Under the pieces are notes generated by a model, which ran no database searches, was not told the DNA's origin, and was given only the letters and a program-made list of their open reading frames with translations. Both the position numbers and the translations under genes were made by a program. A DNA stretch of 64,000 nt from Candidatus Latescibacterota bacterium (GTDB taxonomy: Bacteria; Latescibacterota; UBA2968; GCA-2709665). The stretch covers positions 320,001-384,000 of the forward strand of contig OZ220733.1 of assembly GCA_965116875.1 (NCBI GenBank), written 5' to 3'. Shown piece by piece: positions 60,691 to 64,000 of the stretch. Every line of letters starts with the position of its first letter. The stretch's first letter is position 1.

Positions 60691-62055
60691 TCAACTGCGT
60701 GCTTCAATCGGCGACACCCTTCGCTGTCTGACTTCCCTGGTTTCCGCGGGCCGGATTTCCGGCGCATCTTCGCCGGCCTCGAGCATCCGCCGGACCAGAC
60801 GCTGTCTCATGATCCGCGCCACTTCCTGGTGGGAAGTCATCCCGATCAGATTGCATAACTCGTACGGATCGGCATCCAGGTCGTACAGATATTGTTCGAC
60901 GTAGCGGTCCGATCCTGCCTGCTGTGCGCCCCGTCCTTCAGGCGCATCCACGCCGTACTTCCACCGCCGGGTGCGCACGGCCCTCCCCACCTGGGCCTCA
61001 CTGATCTGCACGAAAACCTCCTCCGGCCATCCCTCGCCGTTCCCGGCCGTCAGTGGCAGGATGGACCGGCCCTGCATCTCGGGCGGTATCGAAATCCCAA
61101 CCGCATCCAGAAGCGTGGGCGTCAGGTCCACCGTGCTTACCAGTTTCTGAATGCGGCCCCCGCCGTCGAATCCCGGTCCCTGAAGCGCCGTTGGCACACG
61201 AATCGAACTCTCGTGGCAGGACCGCTTGTACTCGGCATTACGGGTCTTGAAGTGGCAGCCATGGTCCGACGTAAACAACACGACGGTCCGTTCCAGGAGG
61301 CCCGTACTCTTCAGCGCGTCCAGCATCCTTCCCAATGCCTCGTCCAGGCGCTTCACCATTCCGTAGTAACCGCCGAGATGACGATGGGCAGACCCCCCCA
61401 GGGCAGCCAGATCGGGCGGTATCCACCGGCCGTTATATCGCTCGCGGTACCCGTCCGGGGCCGGATAGTCGTCAATATGGTTCTGGTGGTGGGGCTCAAT
61501 ATAGGAGACAAACAGAAAGAACGGACCCTCCCGGTTCGCGTGAATATACCTGATCGCGGCGTCCGAGACGGCGTCGACCCGATATCCCGGCAGATCCACC
61601 GGATCTCCCTGGTTGTCGTACATTACCGTTCGATAGGCCTCCGACGTGAATTCGAGCGCATTCGAGGCGAGCCAGTATTCATAACCTCCGCGCCCTTCCG
61701 GTGGCACGGGACCCTTCGTCCCCCTTCCGTACAGATGCCACTTGCCGATATACGCCGTCCGCCAGCCCGCGTCATTGAAATGGTGGGCGAGGGTCCGACT
61801 GTCCGGAGGAAGAGGGATTCCATTGCGAAAGCAACCCGTCGTCGTCGCGTACAACCCTGTCTGCAAACAGGAACGCGCGGGTCCGCAAACGGGCTGGCAG
61901 GTGAATGAATTGTAAACATGGGTGCCCCGCTGCGCCATCCGATCGAAATTGGGCGTCAGGCTCAGAGGATTCCCGTGAACGCCGGTTGTATCCCACCGTT
62001 GCTGATCGGTATAGAACACCACGACATTCGGCTTCTCAGACAGATTATCGACCAT
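60691..62055 (-). CDS. Sulfatase family hydrolase (Cys-type)
   Basis: PNVVVFYTDQQR, CGPARSCLQTG (CxPxR), GKWHL, TSDHG. Confidence 0.92.
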   Translation of the reverse strand: MVDNLSEKPNVVVFYTDQQRWDTTGVHGNPLSLTPNFDRMAQRGTHVYNSFTCQPVCGPARSCLQTGLYATTTGCFRNGIPLPPDSRTLAHHFNDAGWRTAYIGKWHLYGRGTKGPVPPEGRGGYEYWLASNALEFTSEAYRTVMYDNQGDPVDLPGYRVDAVSDAAIRYIHANREGPFFLFVSYIEPHHQNHIDDYPAPDGYRERYNGRWIPPDLAALGGSAHRHLGGYYGMVKRLDEALGRMLDALKSTGLLERTVVLFTSDHGCHFKTRNAEYKRSCHESSIRVPTALQGPGFDGGGRIQKLVSTVDLTPTLLDAVGISIPPEMQGRSILPLTAGNGEGWPEEVFVQISEAQVGRAVRTRRWKYGVDAPEGRGAQQAGSDRYVEQYLYDLDADPYELCNLIGMTSHQEVARIMRQRLVRRMLEAGEDAPEIRPAETREVRQRRVSPIEARS

Positions 62056-62129
62056 TGCAACCTCCGGCTGTATTGTCTACCGTCACAGAATCGGCGATAC
62101 GCCGCCGCCCGTATAGACAAATATGGGTG

Positions 62130-62198
62130 GGTTTTCCCGCCTTGACCGCCGCTTTTTCGCTCGCGCTCGGGAACTCACCGGTAATTTTAAAACGGCTT
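62130..62198 (-). repeat. Dispersed ~68-bp intergenic element, copy 2
   Basis: Reverse-complement match to 36005-36072. Confidence 0.9.
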
Positions 62199-62307
62199 CT
62201 TGCGATCGCGCTGCAAAAGGGCGTGACAGAATGGGTCCGCGGGGATATCTTATGTCTTCGCCAGACGTACAACCGACCCTGATCCCCGATTGCCCGCGGA
62301 ACCTCCA

Positions 62308-63603
62308 ATGAAACTTCAGTCGATGCGCGATCTGCTCGAAAAGGCCGACCGGTACCTAGCAGGCGGTTGTCTGGGCAGCTTTCGGATGCCGGACGAAGTC
62401 GCAACCGTGATCCGGCGCGGGACCGGCTGCCGGATCTACGACACCGACGGCAGGGAATATATAGACTACATCCTCGGCTCCGGGCCGCTCATTCTGGGCC
62501 ATGCCCATCCCGCTGTGGTCGAGGCTGTCCAGCGCCAGGTTGCGCTGGGTTCGACTTTCTATGCCCTCAATGTACCCGCCATCCATCTGGCCGAGCGTAT
62601 CGTCGAAGCCTCGCCCTGCGGGGAGTCCATCCGTTTCACGTCATCGGGTACCGAAGGCACTTTTTCGGCACTGCGAATGGCACGGGCATTCACCGGCCGG
62701 GAAAAGATCCTCAAATTCGAAGGCGGCTGGCACGGCGCGCACGACTACGCCCAGCAAAGCACGACGCCGCCGAGTCCCACGGATGGGCCCGTGGCCGTAC
62801 CGGACTCCCAGGGGATACCCAAAGCGGTCGGACGGTCGGTTCTGGTCGCCCCGTTCAACGATGCCGAAGCCGCCGAAGAACTGATCGAGTCCTATGCCGA
62901 CGACCTTGCGGCCGTAATCGTCGAACCCTTTCAGCGCGCCCTTCGGCCCGAGCCAGGCTTTCTTGAAGCCATCCGCCGGGCATCAATCGATCACGGCGTC
63001 ATCCTCGTTTTCGACGAAGTCGTTACCGGCTTCCGCATTGCCTGGGGCGGCGCACAGGAGCGCTACGGGGTTGTACCCGACGTCGCCGTCTACGGAAAGA
63101 CGATCAGCGGCGGTTACCCCATGGCCGCCGTCTGCGGCCGCGCGGACGTTCTTGCGTGCGCCGATCCCCGCCGCAAGGGAAGAGCGCCGTATACCTTTGT
63201 GAGCGGCACCACCAATGGCAATCCCGTCAGCGCCGCCGCCGGACTGGCAACGTTGGACGTACTTGAAACCGAGGGCGTCTACAAGAGGCTTTACGACGTC
63301 CCCGCCCGGCTGGGTCGCGGCCTGGAAGCGCTTGGCGCAAAGACGGGACTGCCGCTTCAGGTCCTGGGTGAAGGACCCGTGTTGCAGCCCTACTTCGCGG
63401 ACGTCGAAATTCGAAACTACGCCGATACGCTTAAGGCCGACGCCCGCGCCGCGAGACAACTCGGCATTGAAATGATGAAGCGCGGCATCTTCTTCAACCC
63501 GGGCGGCAAACTCTATTTCTCGCTGGCCCACACGGAACCCGACGTCGACCGGACGCTGGAGGTCGCTGAAGCAGCACTCAAGCGGGTTCGGGTCGACCTA
63601 TAG
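62308..63603 (+). CDS. Class III PLP aminotransferase (glutamate-1-semialdehyde aminomutase-like)
   Basis: DGREYIDY, GPLILGHAHP, SGTEG, KFEGGWHG, FDEVVTGFR, GKTISGGYP, GTTNGNP. Confidence 0.88.
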   Translation: MKLQSMRDLLEKADRYLAGGCLGSFRMPDEVATVIRRGTGCRIYDTDGREYIDYILGSGPLILGHAHPAVVEAVQRQVALGSTFYALNVPAIHLAERIVEASPCGESIRFTSSGTEGTFSALRMARAFTGREKILKFEGGWHGAHDYAQQSTTPPSPTDGPVAVPDSQGIPKAVGRSVLVAPFNDAEAAEELIESYADDLAAVIVEPFQRALRPEPGFLEAIRRASIDHGVILVFDEVVTGFRIAWGGAQERYGVVPDVAVYGKTISGGYPMAAVCGRADVLACADPRRKGRAPYTFVSGTTNGNPVSAAAGLATLDVLETEGVYKRLYDVPARLGRGLEALGAKTGLPLQVLGEGPVLQPYFADVEIRNYADTLKADARAARQLGIEMMKRGIFFNPGGKLYFSLAHTEPDVDRTLEVAEAALKRVRVDL

Positions 63604-63697
63604 CTGCGGCGGGAGTTGCGGAACGATGCGTCTGCCGGCGAATCACTGAAGGATTCTCCTTGCAGATCCCGCCCACCTTCAATCACGACTCCAATAT

Positions 63698-64000
63698 ATG
63701 GACCTTTTCCTGAGCAAGTCCACCGTTGTCGGGGCCGGTCTGATGGGCGGTCAGATCGCCCTGGTTCTGGCACTCGGAAGCAGAGAAACCTGGCTGATCA
63801 GCCGGCGGCCGGAAAGCCTGGACAACGCACGAAGGAATCTTGAGCGGTACGCGGAGGATCTCGGACGACACGACCGGCTTCGAGGTGAATCTCCGGACGC
63901 CGTACTCAACCGCGTCCGGACCACCACGGACCTCAAGGCGGCGGTTGACGAATCTGTCTTTGTCGTGGAGTCCATCACGGAAGACCTGGAATCCAAACAG
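63698..64000 (+). CDS. 3-hydroxyacyl-CoA dehydrogenase family, N-terminal NAD-binding part; runs off the window edge
   Basis: Not in the ORF track. Manual translation gives MDLFLSKSTVVGAGLMGGQIA...TTTDLKAAV...VVESITEDLESKQ (GAGxMG and ExxxEDLxxK motifs). Confidence 0.85.
   Translation, partial: MDLFLSKSTVVGAGLMGGQIALVLALGSRETWLISRRPESLDNARRNLERYAEDLGRHDRLRGESPDAVLNRVRTTTDLKAAVDESVFVVESITEDLESKQ

Noticed and set aside
62308-63603. Assigning the symbol hemL
   Set aside because: It is GSA-aminomutase-like, but the N-terminal and GTF-type motifs diverge and there is no tetrapyrrole gene context, so it is probably a paralog.

Overview
A 64-kb, GC-rich (~60% by eye) bacterial chromosomal window with about 46 protein-coding genes. 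I found no rRNA, tRNA, CRISPR array or intact transposase. A TPR/GWxTD protein, a peptidase-MA/PD40/BamA-type surface protein, a sulfatase and two Gfo/Idh/MocA enzymes suggest an FCB-group organism such as Ca. Latescibacterota (inference only). Main blocks, left to right: (1) a minus-strand envelope/lipid block with TolC, a fused NTP-transferase/CDP-alcohol phosphotransferase, MlaC and MMPL behind a sigma54-like promoter, followed by an internally duplicated membrane protein, GMC and Gfo/Idh/MocA oxidoreductases and a polyprenyl synthase cut by the window edge; (2) a LysR gene divergent from a short archaeal-type adenylosuccinate synthetase with altered motif residues; (3) a BamA-type gene split by a single-base frameshift in a G run; (4) convergently arranged hydantoinase/oxoprolinase B and A genes with an NCS2 permease; (5) ilvB with a Leu/Val/Ile leader-peptide attenuator; (6) an ECF sigma/anti-sigma locus with three Spy/CpxP-like proteins and two matching GGAACG-N17-GTCYAAG promoters; (7) a partner-switching cluster (STAS, CBS-antiporter, REC-PP2C, RsbW, periplasmic binding protein, TorS-like kinase); (8) a circularly permuted ATP-grasp/alpha-E/transglutaminase operon interrupted by an ammonium transporter; (9) a TPP riboswitch with thiC. 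Three dispersed secreted or lipoprotein genes share an unrecognised ~110-aa N-terminal domain, and a ~68-bp intergenic element occurs twice. All calls come from reading motifs by eye; no database searches were run.
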